This document shows positions 61,616-64,000 of a stretch of DNA of 64,000 bases, piece by piece; position 1 is the first letter of the stretch; each line of letters opens with the position of its first letter. Source of the stretch: Callorhinchus milii (taxonomy: Eukaryota); contig NW_024704742.1 in the NCBI RefSeq assembly GCF_018977255.1, positions 36,768,001 to 36,832,000 on the forward strand, written 5' to 3'. Below the pieces are notes generated by a model that saw only the letters and a list, made by a program, of their open reading frames with translations, did no database searches and was not told the DNA's origin. The position numbers and the translations under genes are program-made.

Positions 61616-62691
61616 TGTGCCATTTGCCCCTCATCACAAGTAATGGACAAGCCCACATTGCTCTTTTATGTGGATGATCTGAAACATCACTCTCCATTAT
61701 ACTAACTTGTGTCTTTCTGCTTCTTTCCAATTGACCAAGGTTGTTGGTGTCAACAGTGAGTGTGCTGAGCTGTCCTGACTATCTCATATTAGGATGTCTG
61801 CGCATATTTCTATGGTTCTACTTTAATTATAGCTTCATTTTCTTCCAAGGAGAGTGACCTTCTCATATCAATAACAGTTGATCTTTGAAGAGAATTACTG
61901 AACTCTTTGGGGCCGTTACAAGTCATTTTTGTACTGTTAAAAGAGATGTCTCAATATTAGTGATACTGTATACTGTATGTTAGCCTCATACTTAAACAGA
62001 TTATTCATCAGTAGTGTCTGGTAAACCTATTTTGGTATATTTGCAAATGAATGCTGTGTTAGTGTACAATTGTCTCCACTACACATTCGTGTCACTTGCA
62101 TATGTTGTCATTGGAATTAAACCGACACATGGTTCATGCTCATTCTCAACCACATATTCATGAAGATAGTAATATCCCCAAAAAGAAAGGCGAATTTGGG
62201 CTGATATTACTACTACTAATTATAATAATTGTGTAATTTGTTGTACTGTCTTTCACGTTGGGAGAACATCACAGCGCTTCACAGCACTTTCTGTTTAGTA
62301 TAGTGATTGTGTCTTCTGTAGGCAAATTTTATAAACTTATACAAAGTTACTTTTATAATTATTCAGTATCCTCTAATGATGCTGCAGCATACACTTTAAC
62401 AGGTGGAAAAAGTCAGCTGGGTTAATATAGGATCAATTGCAGTTGAAGAATCCTGTAGGGAACACTGTTATAGGTTTAGCGATGCCAGTAATGAATAATT
62501 TTACATAAGCTGATAGACATGAGACAGCTGTGTTTCACAGTTAACATATTTGTCATTCCTCTCTTAAATAATAACAACAATAGTCCTTTCATTTATTATA
62601 CTGCAGTATCTTATTATGTTGTTGAGACTTCTCAAATCACCTCACAGAATTTTACTATAATGTATAGGAACTGTGTATTTGTGGGCGAACA

Positions 62692-63150
62692 CAGCCTGTT
62701 AAAATAGCAGATGGGATCCTTGGCTTTATAAATAGAGGCATAGAGTACAAAAGCAAAGACATTATGCTAAACCTTTATAAATCACTGGTTAGGCCTTCGC
62801 GAGGGTGCAAAAGAGAGTTACCAGAATTATACCAAGGATGAGGGACTTCAGTTATGTGGAGAGACTAGAGTTGCTGGGATGGTTTTCCTCAGAGCAGAGA
62901 AGGTTGAGGGGAGATTTAATAGGTGTTCAAAATTATGAAAGGTTTTGATAGAGTGAATAACAGAAGGTGGAAGCATATTCAATAATAACTTTCAAAAGGG
63001 AATTGGATAAATATTTGAAAAGAAAAAAATTGCAAAGCTATGGGGAACGAATGCGTGAGTGGGACTAATTGAATAGTTCTTTCCAAGAGCCGGCATAGGC
63101 ACGGTGGGTCTAATGGTCCTCTTCTGTTCTGTAGGAATCTGATTCTAATT
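62692..63150 (+). mobile_element. CR1 3' fragment with internal deletions
   Basis: GGCTTTATAAATAGAGGCATAGAGTACAAAAGC..CTGGTTAGGCC..GGGGAGATTTAATAG; same family as 36883-37740. Confidence 0.85.
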
Positions 63151-64000
63151 TGTGCTTGTAATGTCCCGTAAACAGCTATGAAGCGAATCACCAATTTAGA
63201 TACATATATGCATGTATTTGCCTTTTGAAAGCTACCTTGATTATCACACCTGGCAGGGTATTCAAAAAATCTTTAATGTCGTCCACCTGAACAGGCAGAT
63301 GGGACCTCGGTTTAATGATTAATTCAAAGAATGGGAGAAAATACATACCTCATATCTTCCAATGGTGCTTACAATATTTATTGGCCTCACTGACAGCAAT
63401 TCAAGGGTTTTGAACTGCACTTCAGGTAGATCTTGAAAAATAACACCAGGCAGAACAGCTCTCTTTATATATGACATGAGAAGAAAGATGTTGAGAAACG
63501 TAAACAGGAACAGAAATTAAACATTACCGCCAGCATCGTGTGGATTTAGAATAATCTCAAATAGTTTATGACTGACTTTACCATAGGATCCCCAACTGTT
63601 GTACTAATAGACTGAGCTCCTGTTAACATCAATTGTGAAACTGCAGTGTGCTTGCAGCGTTCCCCTGCTCTATGAACAGGGGTCATTAACTGAAATAATC
63701 AGAAAATTAAGCCAAATTATTTTCAATACACGGTCGAGTTACATTTGGGGAGAGGTGTTTGCAATGAGCGCACATAACATTCTGTATAGGCACAGAAGAG
63801 GGGAGGAAATAAGATTTCATTGATTTTTGTAGCATTGCTATTCATCGTATAGTAGAAAAGGATTATTTTTTACTGCTGTTGCCGACGTATTTGATGATTT
63901 GTTTTCCTTGGCCAGAGCAACTTCTATAGACCTTGAAAAAGTGGGTTAGCTCTCGATTCAGCCCTACTGTGGGAAAGTATGTTGGTTTGCAGCAGGATGC

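Overview
Eukaryotic, repeat-rich, apparently non-coding DNA (intron or intergenic). The repeat content suggests a cartilaginous fish, possibly a chimaera or elephant-shark relative; this is inference from remembered repeat families, not a database hit. I found no intact protein-coding gene, rRNA, true tRNA gene or CRISPR array. Every ORF with recognisable homology is a decayed retroelement. The window holds a 5'-truncated CR1 LINE ORF2 (30863-33486, +, 6-bp TSD) nested in an L2 LINE, and many L2 and CR1 3' fragments. It also holds a young tRNA-Ala-derived Deu-domain SINE in several subfamilies, an older SacSINE1/AmnSINE1-like SINE, an LF-SINE-like copy and a Gypsy RT relic. I did not find a convincing new biological system. 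The structures the repeats do not explain are: a perfect 31-bp hairpin (3660-3730); a 65-bp inverted repeat (24011-24510); a 229-bp local duplication joined to an inverted repeat (59125-59849 / 61388-61615); a CCAAT + TGATTGACAG + TATA module (7484-7763); a SINE tail that matches the L2 tail; and three weak + strand exon candidates. Repeat boundaries were read by eye and are approximate unless a TSD is given.
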